Positions 12,673 through 24,873 of a DNA stretch of 64,000 nucleotides are shown piece by piece; position 1 is the stretch's first letter, and every line of letters starts with the position of its first letter. This DNA comes from Halocafeteria seosinensis (lineage: Eukaryota). The translations under genes and the position numbers were made by a program. The notes below the pieces were generated by a model. The model worked only from the letters and a program-made list of their open reading frames with translations. It ran no database searches and had not been told where the DNA came from. The stretch covers positions 1 through 64,000 of the forward strand of contig LVLI01000696.1 of NCBI GenBank assembly GCA_001687465.1, given 5' to 3'.

Positions 12673-12733
12673 GCTGAGCATGACTGAGTATTTCCGAAAC
12701 TCCTTCGGAGCGGAATACTCACGAGATATCAGC
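12673..12733 (+). promoter_or_regulatory. Eukaryotic type II SECIS element
   Basis: Helix I GCTGA/TCAGC; core ATGA (12680-12683) opposite GA (12723-12724); helix II TGAGTATTTCCG/CGGAATACTCA; unpaired AAA at 12697-12699; apical mini-stem CTCC-TTC-GGAG. Confidence 0.88.
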
Positions 12734-14017
12734 TACAACTAGAATAGCATGTTGGCGATATATGTTAAGAATTTCGTGGCCGTAGTGAATAAAAATATGC
12801 ACAGATTGCTGAGCACAAATGGATTACAACTTCCAACTGGTGCTAATGCTGTCCTGCAATAGCGCATCTGCTTCTGTACTCAGGCTCTTTTCAGTGAACA
12901 ACTGCTTTCTACCTCCGTATTTAATATCTGTGGTGGTCAAAGGAAGACTTGCAGTGAATAAGAATCGATAGACTGTACTAGGTACGTGTAATCAAAAGAA
13001 GCAGGAGACCGCTAGCTCAAAGAACCCATCAGGCTGTCCCATATACCTTATTTAGCATGCGTGAACCAAGTCAGATAACCAAGGTTGTCTGAATTTACAT
13101 GTATTACTAGAGGGGATTTGTTTGTTTGCATTGCTTATGCCCGTGGTGATTGTGTCACCGATATTCTAATCTAACGTATTCACCAGATCCACCTTGTTCA
13201 CAGTGCCGAAAAGCAGGCGTATCAGGCGTTACTTGCTTAAGACTGTGTGTGTGTGGAATTTAGTACGGACTGCATGACTTCCCACTTAAGCACAATGCGG
13301 GAGCGGAGAATCTCCGAATGGAACATCCCATAACTGAGAGAGGCGTATTCTTTTTCCCTGATGCCCGGTATGTGGCAAAGAGGAAACTTCTTCACTTCTG
13401 GAAAATTGTTTGGCATTATGTGACTTGATTACCGACAACAGTGTCGCTGTTCCACTTCCGCCGTGGTGGTGCATCTGTTGTCGCAATCCACGTACCAGTA
13501 GCCAGTACAAGGGGAACGGGAAAATCTTATTGGAAACTGTGGAGAATAAATAAAAGAGGATCTCGGTCCGAAACGTCAGATTACGGTTAAGAGAGTACCC
13601 CGCAGGATATTCGAGACAAGAAACGCAAGCACACACAGGCGCAGGAGTTTTCCAACAGGTCGCGCCACGTCCCACCACTTTCCTATTACAACTGCGGAAC
13701 AAATACAAACGTAGTTGCTTTAGGTAAGCAGCAACGACTGTTCATATTGCGAAACGACGGGGAAATGACGGTGTCCGTGAAGGACAACTCTCTACTGTCC
13801 ACTGTGCTCAGGGCTCAGTCTCTGGTTTGAATACAATGTGGGTACGCGAAATGACACTTGTGAAGGTCAAGTTGAATGTTCTACACCTTGCAGACCTCAA
13901 CTAGAGTCTACACTGTACGAATTGGCATCGCGTTTGAAGTGGCATCCACTCTGTATTTATTCGTAGAGTGTATCCGGGCGGTTGTGTGCACTTGGACTCT
14001 GGGAAAAGAGGCAAATC

Positions 14018-16724
14018 ATGGCGCAACCAACCAGCGGAGGTGGCGTGGTTGAAGAAGTTCCAGCACCTTCGGTGCTGTATACGGCGACTTCATTGGCCGA
14101 TCAGGCAATTTCGCATGACCATTCAAACCGCAAGAAAAAGCGACAGACGTCGCCTCTCTTCAGTCCTGGATCGCCGTGGTCGCTAGGAAAGGAGGAACCG
14201 GATGATTCTAGCAGCAACGACACCAACAGCATTCATCTGTACGATGACGAAGCAGGGGAGAGGGAGAGCGATTTACGGGGAAGTCCGAGTAAGATGGAAG
14301 TCTTCTCAGAGATTGGTGAGGGTCGAATACTTAAGTGCCTGAAACGTTGGAGAGCGAAGCGAGTTTTATACTTCCTGCCGAATTCATCTTCAGTATTCGA
14401 ACGCTGTCGAACAGATTGTGTAGGGGTTGAGGATAATAACTTGGGAGAGGTCCCAGGCCCTTCAAATCAAGCTCTCAAAGATATAAAAAAACTGTTTGCA
14501 GTATTGCGCAATAAATCGGCCCTAGTTGACGGTAGCCCCTCGTCTGTCGAGAGCTCTCCTAGTGGGGAGGAGTCTGCGAGCATGAGAGCTGGTAGTAACT
14601 CCGTCTTGACAGTTGTCGTCCCAGTAAGGAGCGAATGGAATCTTCCATCCAAGGATACGCTGCTAAAGAAATGGCGTGATGCCATAACCCAGTACTGTCA
14701 CACGCAGCCCCCCGAGCAACTGTCTCCAGGAGTAAGTGGAACCAGAATGTTATCAGCATTCAATTGCAGGCTCGAACAAATGCGTTGGAACCGCAGAGGA
14801 CATTTAATGACCCACATATAAGCGTAGCGTGTGGAACGTTACTCCAGCATCCATTCTTCTATGAAGCTTCTTCAGGGGGATATAGCAGGGATTTCAAAGA
14901 CCGGCAAAGGATTCGGAGAGTCGATAAAAATGAAGGCTTTGACTTAGTTATAGCTGATATTGCATCATGCTTTGAGGTACGTTAGATTCAGTGGATATGG
15001 AATAGTAGACGTTTGTTGATAACCCAGACGGGCGTGTCGTGCAGTTGCTGGACCCGTGTTCGGGCCTGTCGCTGCTGTTTGATTCACTACGACAGTCTGT
15101 TCGTGCTGGTGGCACGCTGTGGGTATCTGGCACAATCGCCAAAGACTTGAAAGGCCACGACATAGCTGTAGGGCAGTTGCAACGCTATTGTTTTGAATGG
15201 ATGCTTGAGGGGGGGATCTTGACAGAGAAACTGAGGTTTCAATACGTCGGCTCCACTCTGTATGCTGTACTGGTGGCTACGAACCCAATTTCGGTGATGA
15301 TTCGGGAGGCACATGCCTTAAAGCATATAAAACCGAATATTGATTTTGTGGGCTTCGGTTGCAACAGAAGTAAACATGACCGGTTCGTAGAGCCTTTCCG
15401 AAAAGTGCTTACTAGGTGCGGGATTCAATCCGCTGATCTATTTCGGGACGAGAATGGAATCAAGAAGCTTCAACAGGTTCCTTCCAGTCGAAGCACGTTG
15501 CTGGTAAAACCGGAAGAGGAGGAGTTGCTCACCTCTTTGAGGATGGACACCGATAGGCTGCAAAGTGTGCACTTCTTTGATTCCCTAGAGACTTCCCATG
15601 CTATGGCCAGTCGCACGGTGATGTTGGCATATCTAAGAGCTGCCCTTCCTTCATTTCCCGACGCTACCTTTTTCTGTCCTAGAGCCACTATCATCTCTGG
15701 CCCGTTTNCGGTGTCGGAAACAGCTGAAGATTGGCTACGAACAGCACAGGTTAGTCTTCCCGCCGTTGTGAAACCGATCGCATCCAATGTGCATGAGCCT
15801 TTTCACGTCATCAACGAACCGTCAGAGCTAACCGCTCGTTCGCTCCAGGCGACTAACCGCACATTGCCTTGTCCCGCAATCATTCAATCGCTCGTTGAAC
15901 ACAAGCAGACGGAGCAAAGTGGTCATCACAAAGTTGTATGGAAAATTGCTGTCATCCGGAATCGCTTTTGCGTGGCTCTTCGCGCTTCCATCGATCCTAA
16001 TTCAGATATCTACAACGACGACAAGTTGAGTAGAGTTTCGAAATTTCCTCCAACCCATACACCTGTGTGCCCTCTAGATGCGGAAACGTTGAACATTTTT
16101 GGTCGATTTACAGCAGCCCTTCGGAAGCGATTGGATTTGCGCTTATTCAACGTTGACGTCATCGAGACTCCGAGCATTAGTTCTCAACGATGTTTTAGCG
16201 TCGTGGATATGAACTACTGGCCTGGATTTTCAGAGACACCAAACAAACTTGCACTCCTTCTCGACGCACTGTGCCAGCGGGATCTCAATCCACACTCGGA
16301 AGCACCGCTTGTGCCAGTATGCACCCCTCCGACTCGGGCTGTGTGGACTTGTTTCCGGCAACCGGTACCCGCAGTAAAAGAAACTTCAGCCCAGGCCATT
16401 AAACTATTACATATCCGTAACGACACAGACTTAGACCACCAAAAAGGCTCTGTCGGTAACTCGTTACCTCCTCTTTTGGAAGGGAGAGAGCAAGACTCCA
16501 CAAGTCCAGATGAGAGTGGCGTGCGGAGTGCTGCCTCGGGCTCTACAGGGGAACAACACCAATCCCCTTTCTCGGAGGACGATGCTGGCGGTGAGACACA
16601 AGCAATTCGACAAGGAACTGCCGAAAGAGTGTCGCAAGACCGCAGGTGGATATCTGTGGCTACAGTGGTAACTGTCATAAGCCTTGGCTATGCGGTTTAC
16701 AGGTGGATTAAATCGAAGAAATAA
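14018..16724 (+). CDS. Inositol-tetrakisphosphate 1-kinase (ITPK1-like ATP-grasp) with long N-terminal extension and C-terminal transmembrane tail
   Basis: Motifs LPAVVKPIAS, PCPAIIQSLVEH, VWKIAVI, LRLFNVDVI and VVDMNYWPGF. Introns at ~14731-14769 and ~14977-15044 join the ORFs. One N at 15708. Confidence 0.75.
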
Positions 16725-16826
16725 TAGACACGGTTGTATTGCCATTGGGTTTGTTTTTTGAAATGTAACTATTTTGAGCCACAATGTGTCAGCAGTTTAA
16801 GGAATGCAAAGTGAGGCACAAATCTG

Positions 16827-19800
16827 TTACCTTCGACTCCGACGACGCGAACGTCGTATAGCACTATCGGCAGAGCTATCACCTGGTCCACTGGTTCGAC
16901 CAGCAAATCTTCGTCGCTTCGACGAACTTTCAGACGTATCAGACTCTTCTTCGCCGTTACTTTCTAGGTTCTCTGTGGACTCTACTGCACTTCTAGCGCT
17001 GCCAGTTTCGGACGCTGTTGGACCCTCTGAAGGACTGTTTCTTCCCCGTTTTCGGCGACTAGCACGGCCCTTAGTGTCACTCCTTGCTTCCGTTTGTTGT
17101 TGTGTAAATGTTTGAGGTTCGCTGTCAATGCTACGAAGAAGAGATTCTTGGTCAACGTCGAGACCCAGGGCTGAGGCCGCATCAACTGCTTGATATCCTT
17201 GCTCCGTAGAGTAGACAACATACTCTGTGACACCATAAAGCCAACCGTCCCGACGGATCATCTGCCCGTTATAGAACTGCTGTCTTTTCCCCGGAGTAAC
17301 AGATACCCCGATATCTTCAAATATGCACCTCTGTGCTTCACGAGAGGGTAATTGCTGCGACCTACGTGAAGCTATAGTCGAAACCTTTGACCATGGCATA
17401 TATACCTTTCCCTTGACTTGTTCCGGGACATCCGTCCGCAGCAATACGAAATCGTCGTCACGTTCCATGAAAGTCCTGAACTCATTTTCCAAGACCGAAC
17501 TTTGAGGGGCAATGCCCATTGCCCAAGACTCTGCGTACGTATCAAGACCCTTATACTTTCGCGTGCACGGTGTGTTATCGACTGTCGCACCAATATCATT
17601 GAGTGCTTCCACAAGATCGCTATATTTGACATCGTCAAAGCCGTTCTCTGCGAGAAAAGAAGTAAGCGCACTCATGGGCATCCTAACGTTTCCGACCAGA
17701 CCTTCGATATCGTCCGTATCTTGCCGAGCATCTACGAATTCAAGCGTTTCGCAACTGTTAAGAAAGTTCACAAGACTCTCTGAGTCCTGATGCTCGCGGC
17801 TACCCTCGCCTAACTGATTCGAATGATCAGCTAAGCTTCTGGCTTGAATACCACCTTGAAGGTGACCAGCCAAAGCCTGGACCGCCTCAACGTCTTCAGG
17901 CGCTGCAGCGAGAGAGTCTGCTTCGACCTCGTCACTTCGACCAGCATTTCTTCGAGATTCATCGTCAACAGCAGATTCAGCACTCTCCCTGTCATACCCA
18001 TTGTCCGCCGTAGCATTACCACTCCAAGCTAAACCACGCATTGCGGCCGCTGCTTGCTCGTCTTCGTCTTCTTCCTGGCTTCCACCACTCGAGCCACCAT
18101 CTTCCCCATAACCCTGTCCATCCTCCCCGTACGCGTCATGTTGTGTATTAGCCTGTTGTCTTGATGTTTGCGACTCGGCCGTTTCATCGTCACTTGAAGG
18201 CTCCTCAGGGCGTTTTGTGCGCATTTCTGGGTGTTGGCTTAGCCACGCTCGCGCAACTGCTTCCTTGTAGCGCTTCCTACAAGTCTCCAGCTGATCCGTC
18301 ACATCGGCCAGCTCGGATTCCCGTCGCAAAACATCCTCTTGAAGTTTTGCCACTTTACTTCTAGTGGACTGAAGTTGAGAGAGCAGTTGGCTGGTCGTGA
18401 GCCTTGACTCAGTCAGTCGCTTCCTCTGCTCTCGACGCGATTCCTCAGCCGTTCTCAGCTGGAAGTTCAGTCGTTGTACCTCCGCCTTATACTTTCCTAA
18501 TTCACTTCTCGAGAACACATTGGACGCCGTATCCGATACGTGAGGGCTCGAAGGAGAGGCCATTTCAGTATCAGTAGTCGGCTCTGCGTCTTCGTGGTTG
18601 TTTTGAGCTCCAGGATCCGCCACGCCGTTAGTAGCGCTCCGGTCAGGAGACTTGGTCCGCCTTCCCCCTTCAGAACGCCCGGTGAGAGGGAAACCAGCTG
18701 CATTTCTGTCTACGCCAGGAATGGGGTCCTTTTCGATTTCATCAACAGGCTTGCTTATTCCGGAGACATACCCCACAGTGTTTACACTTCGATGAGGATC
18801 TATCTTCAGCTCTACGCCGCGGGGGACTCCAAGACGCCAACAAGAGCGAAAAACCGGTGCCGGGGTCTCACTAGAGAAGCTGTCATTCCCTTCAGGAGGA
18901 TCCTCAGGGTACACAGAAGCCTGTCTTACTTTTCTGGCAACTTTGCTCGCTTGAGACTGCTCTTTGTTTTCATCGTTTAATTTTTGCCGAGTGCTGGATC
19001 CAGAATGCACACCGTCCAGTACTGACATCCCTTCCAGAGCAGTGTCCTTCAGTTTCTGGCGACTGAAACAACGGGTGAATATGTCTTTCTGGAAGTATTG
19101 CTCCCCTGCCACACACAGCAAAGTGAGCTCGGTACAATGCATGTAACCGACGGCCCCCCATGTCATGTTAACGGTACACATCCCGTCTTCGTCCCGCTGA
19201 CGAACCACGTAACCGTCTCCGTATGCCGTCCTCACAAAATCACCAGCGCTAAACAGTAACCCACGGCTAAGATCAAAATTCAAGCGCCCAGATGGATCTT
19301 CATCTACGTTTTCGTCTTGCGCCGCGACTGCTTTGGTTGCCACAGATGCTTCTTTTAACATGGCATCCTGGTCATTGACGTCCCTCGGTTGGTGTCTCCT
19401 CCACATACTGCGTAGAAGATCCACGTAGTTGGCAGAGAAACGTCCCGTAGCCAACGAAAGACGGGCACGCAGCTCCCCATTCTGTTGCATCACCAGGGAC
19501 ACGAGGTCTCTATTCCGGGGTAACAGTGTGTCTCCATTGTTCCCATTCATTTGAGTTTGATTCTTTACCGAATTTACAGTATTTTTCAGTTCGTCAATTG
19601 CCTGTGCTTGCTCCTGCAGTACAGCACAAGGAAGCACTACATTTCTCAATGGAAGCCGTCGAAGAGAGGCAGTATGCACATCATCCTACCTTATTCTCCA
19701 AAATGTAATTTCGAAGTTCATGGATATATTTTCTCCTTAAATGAAGGAAGCGGCGGTCTCTTTCTTCTCGTTTAGCGCTGACAGCTGCAATGCGCTGCCG

Positions 19801-20636
19801 CAAGTTCATTTCTAGACGCAGCGGTCCCATCCCGAGAGGGGACGCGTCAACTGGCCCTGGGAGCGCAATGACAGGCGCCGTTCCACTGCCCTCAGAGATG
19901 AGTCTAGCAGCCACCCACCCAGAAAGAGCCTTAGACGGTGCTCGCAGATCCATATTCATTTGATCTGCTCGCGAGAAACAAGATATACCGAAATGTAGTT
20001 CCAAGTTGAAGTACCGACCCAGGTTGCTTCACATAACGCTTGGGAGGTGAGGTGACACTTGTCGAACACTTACCACTCTCTCCATCTCGAAACACCGCCG
20101 TTTCCAGAGAGCTAACCGTTGCTGGCTTTTCATCCTTTGTCGGAGCCGCCTGAGGAGAAGGGGGCGCTGTCAGTCCGACTTCATCGCATTTTATCTGTGG
20201 CTGCGGAAACTCGGAAGGCTGTTGGGATTGCGGACCATTTTCATCGTCATCCTGTATATACGCACATTCTACATAGAGTGGTTAACCAATGATAGGGTAT
20301 TATTACACGATCCAAGGGATACGTACGTCTTGAGACATTTGTTGTGGCTCCCTTCCAGCGATCCCACGGAAATCTCGCCGAACAGAGGTCTTGGACAAGG
20401 GCAAAATCCCGGGGAGTTCCGGTAGCGTTAACACACGTCCATACACGTTCGGATCCGTTTTTTCATTTCCACCACGTCCAGCAGCGCCTGCGGCATCCCC
20501 ACGGCGTCTGTATACAAATCGCACAAAGCGAAATTAGCCAGAAATCGTGGTGTACAAGCTCCCGAAACANAAAAAAAGAACCGCCGGCGCATCATCATCT
20601 GAACTCCTCTTACCTTTTCCGAGTGTTCATAGCCAT
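16827..20636 (-). CDS. Large hypothetical nuclear protein with coiled coils, an SH3/Tudor-like barrel and two tandem C-terminal domains (spliced)
   Basis: 950-aa ORF plus upstream exons traced to an ATG at 20636 (MAMNTRKRRRG). Basic termini, and a beta-barrel-like segment GDFVRTAYGDGYVVRQR...CTVNMTWGAVGYM. Confidence 0.6.
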
Positions 20637-22317
20637 TCAATGGTCCCTTTATTTCACGTTCTGGGAGCAATACGCGTGGTACAATGCACACACTATACAC
20701 GATGGTCGTCTCCGACCGTCGGGAGGGAGCTACAGAAACAGGGGAAGCTTGAGAATTCCAATGCGTTTGGTTTTTGTCGTGGGCTTCCCTTGAGGAAGGG
20801 GGACGAGGGGGCACAGATACAAGTATCCTTTAGCTCTCTTCACACCCACTCCAGCTTACAGCTTGAGAGTGGGAACAACCGGTAGCAGTACTAGGTCCAC
20901 CTTGATGACAAAACTACGCTGTGGCACTCGTGGAAACGAGCGAAATATCCACCTGTATCTGATTTTCACAAAAAAGTCAGTGCTTTCCCCGTTCGGGCGC
21001 CCCTTTGGTTTCCCCTACGACTTGTACCCAACAAACAAAAGTGCGACCCAGATTCCTCATGCACTCCCTTTTTCCGACAGGCTCCTATGCGCGTCAATAG
21101 ACCCCCGAACGGGTTCCCGTTCGTGGGCAATCGCGAGAGACCACGAGTGGGTATGCCACTGGCAACAGATTGCTGGAGAAAAACGACAGCGACGGGGGTT
21201 TAATGCGCGCGTCATCATCTGCTTCACAAACCCGCTGCGACGTGGTTGAAGAAGCGACTGACCCGCTGGTTGAAGTTTTATTCAGGAAGTGTGTGTGTGT
21301 GGAAGTGTTGTTATGCTGTATGCAACTGTCTACAAACTACTGGTATCGGCAGAGTCGCTCGCAATAGCACTAGTGTCTCGTGGACTCTGCCTTCTCTCTC
21401 GGGGGAGGGAACAAAAGGAAAGGAATACAATACATATACATATATAGCTTTTCTGGAGTGGGGAAGTTGCGATCTCGCTCTACAGCACTGCCAGACTGCC
21501 AGCCTGCCACTGCTGCCATTACCTAACTCGACATTTATTAGCGACACAGCATTCTCTTGTAAGCGATTAACTTACGCTACTAATCTGTTGAGCAGATATG
21601 GATGGATGACTACCCCATATCATTGGTTCCATCACGAACTTCCATGTGGTAATGTATTGCGACTTGTGGGTCGTACATGTAGCGAATTCAGCTTCAGATG
21701 AAACTCCAACTCGAAGCGTATGGATACTAAGTAGCAGCACAAATTGGCGTATGAACACCTCAGCTGTTGATCAAGCGTGCGGCTTCGTCTTTCCGTACAG
21801 GAAAGAGTCCTTTTTGAGGGTCGCAACCCTGCACAGCACAATGTACCGGTACATGATAAGTCCACAAAAGTTAGAACTAGTATTCAACAACTTCTCGTGC
21901 CCATGCAACATACTTTGTCGGTTCGGTAGCAACTAGGGTCCAAAATGAGTTGAATCTACACTAGTAAGGGACGACGCATTGCTGCCAGGACTGCAAAGAC
22001 GACTGCTGCTAGGAAGCGGAACACCCCGCAGTTCATTTTATTTTGGAATGCCTTCTATGCCCAAGTTGAGAACTCACATAGGGATGAAATTTACTACCCT
22101 ATGGGATTTTTTTGTTTTGCGATGCTAATTCATCTCAGTTTGCCCTCCAGTGACTGGAACCAAGATCGCAAACGCAGCGTACCTGGTACCTCGACTCCCA
22201 GAGCGTAGAAGAGCCTGCCACTTGTGTTTTGTTGTGGCGTTATGCAACTATACATCCCACTCATTCTCCCTCGTTATTATTTTGAGCGTCCCAAGCAACC
22301 AGTATTAGGAGCCTGCA

Positions 22318-23356
22318 ATGGACCAATCAACGACACAAACTGCGGCGGCCGCGGCCAGCAGCAGCAACCTCAGGTACCACCCAGCGCTACTGTATATTAA
22401 CGCAGCGTTCATCCAAATACATAGCATGTGTCTAGCCGCAGACCGAACCGTGAACGCCATAACCAGTCGGAAAGGAAACGAGCCTCGCGCGTGCGCAATG
22501 AAATCGATTCCCTGGCAACGATCTTGGCTGTAAGTCTGAATCCTAGTGTACAGGCTGTAGGAGTATACTGTATGAATCATTTGCTATTCGACAACAGAGA
22601 GCTGGGAAGCTTGCCAAAAGAGATCAAGCGTCTATCCTTGCCAGTGTACGTGAATATATCGATGAACTGGAGCATCAGGCGGAAGCGATTTCGGCCCCAG
22701 CTGTTCAGCCCCGTCAAACTTGCAGACAGGAAGACATTGGGTCTATAGACTACAAGAAGGCCTTTCTCTCATCAGGTTGCCCTCAAGCTATAGTCTCTCT
22801 GGCAGGCAATTTTTTGGACTGCAATTCGCATTTCTGTTCACTGACAGGCTACAGGAAGGAGCAGGTATTGCAGTTGAGCATATTCAGCATGACCCCTCCA
22901 GAGGAAATGCAGCGAACCCGCTCGATCCTAGGTGAACTTCTCTCCCTGTGTGAGACAGAATCCAGTAAAAGTTCTGCACTCAGCAAGTCTTTCTACAAAA
23001 ATGCTATGTTTCATTCTCGTAGAGTTCGGCTATATGTTAAAGCAACTGTGGTGTGTGATGACAAAGGGAGTCCGAAGCACCTGGTATGCAGCTCGAGTAC
23101 TCATGTTCCGTCAGAACCGGATGTAGTCGACCTTATGAGAAAACGAAGGAAGACTACGGACAACTTTGCTCCTGAATTGTGCGGTGCAAATGGGAATGGT
23201 CACCGGGATGGTGATTACTATTATGATGTTGAGAGTGGTACCGGCCTACCCCAAGATTTTCCCCCCATTTTGGATGCAAGCTCCGCTTCCAGATGGACAT
23301 TTGGAGAAGATGCAGATTTGGATAGAGATGAGGCCACAGCTATTCTTTTTGAGTGA
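22318..23356 (+). CDS. bHLH-PAS transcription factor (spliced)
   Basis: Basic region RERHNQSERKRASRVRNEIDSLATIL; helix 2 DQASILASVREYIDEL; PAS region DYKKAFLSSGCPQAIVSLAGNFLDCNSHFCSLTGY. Confidence 0.82.
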
Positions 23357-23374
23357 TCCTAGTAGTGACCTCCA

Positions 23375-24106
23375 GAATCCAATGCTAAATACAGACAACA
23401 CTTGTCGCACTCTTTTTTACAGCAAGCTTCCGTCTTTTAGAACGCAGTGAAGGGATTGAACTGGTACAACCATGTACGCCAGTTGCCAGTTGCTTCCCTT
23501 CCCATAGGAGTTTTGGGATTGTGAGGTCGCCATTGCGGCACTGCAGCAGCTAAAGGCGACGCGTCACCAGCCACTGCTGGAAACGATACTCTTTTAAATC
23601 TTCTACGGCAAGATGGATAAGAATATTGGAATTATACCAAACTATTATTAACCGTCCTACTCCCTATTATGACTCTTTAAGTACCGTGACCTTGAAGATT
23701 TCGTGTGCTTGAAAGTCATTCCGGGAGTGAAACCTATACGTACCGGTAGGTCCTGCATAATGCAACCGCTGCCCCTCTCAAGCTCCTGAAACAAAGACTG
23801 TGCAACAATTAAGCATTGACAAGAATGATTTTCGATAGGTCTGTCGAAGAAGAAACGTAAATCAGTATGCGAAATTCGACAGGTTTGTCCTTCAATGGCT
23901 TCCCGTTTTACCAACAACAACTACCGCTATCTGTCACAGATACACAGGTGCGTGTGTGAATAACAACTTCTTTAAAGGATTTGCCAAAATGTATTGTCAT
24001 TTAGGATAATTATATCGGTCCGCACAATTCAATAATTCAGCGAAACCCATGAATGAGCATGCGTATGAAGGGATCACTCTCGCGTTTCCCATGAGCGACG
24101 TACAGT
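23375..24106 (-). repeat. Left arm of a ~730-bp inverted duplication (partner 28583-29414)
   Basis: Reverse complement matches 28583-29414 along its whole length with scattered substitutions, e.g. GAAGGGATCACTCTCGCGTTTCCCATGAGCGACGTACAGT. Confidence 0.93.
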
Positions 24107-24133
24107 ACTACCAACAAATGTCATAATGTCTCC

Positions 24134-24170
24134 TTCACCAGTTGAGTTCAGCATGAGCATTCCTCATCCC
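24134..24170 (+). repeat. 37-bp direct repeat of 29412-29448, including the first six codons (MSIPHP) of the downstream gene
   Basis: TTCACCAGTTGAGTTCAGCATGAGCAT[T/C]CCTCATCCC at both sites. Confidence 0.9.
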
Positions 24171-24873
24171 ATCAGAACTTGTCGATGCTTTAGCGCTGTA
24201 TTCCGGTAGCAGCATTTCTTACATATTTACAGCAAGGTCCCCTTCGCATTCCTAAGTGTGCGCTATGCTTGGTTCGCTAGTGCGCTGGCTTTTTCATAGC
24301 AACTGTTGTGTCGACTTCATTACCGGTACACTGTAACACATGTACTCCGTCGCTGTTTTCAGAACGCCTGACGGACACACAACACAGACTTGCCCACCGG
24401 CAAGAAACACGACCACCGAATCCTGCTAGGGAGCGGTGCTTGTTAAGCAGCAGCGACTCAATGACCATGTGGCCGACGAACGCTGGACTCTGGGACGAGC
24501 TCAGCATGCCGAAATCCCCGCTCTCCAGAGTCGACTTCTCGGAGCATCAGACCCGACTCAGGCTATCGAGGGGGAAGGAGTTCCGAAAACGTGAGCACAT
24601 CAACAATAGACTGACGGCATGCTTACACGAGGGTCTTTCCAGCTTGTTTGGACCCGCCCGCAACGGACTAGCAGTACCGGAAGAACATGGTGTTCGACGA
24701 CGACCATGCTTGGGGCGAACACACAGACACAACATGTGTTACAGCGTAGACTGGTAGTATCAGTAGGTCGACAACCGAAGGGTGGTTTGATATGGTGTGC
24801 ACGGCTTCGTTTGGAATGGGACAGTACGCGTGCGCGTAGAGTCTGTGGTAGAGTACATTTGATCTCTTGCACA

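Noticed and set aside
12830..13750. Possible small minus-strand spliced gene
   Set aside because: Splice-like signals exist but there is no recognisable domain or reliable frame.
21170..21936. Short plus-strand ORFs upstream of the bHLH-PAS gene
   Set aside because: No motifs; cannot be distinguished from chance ORFs.
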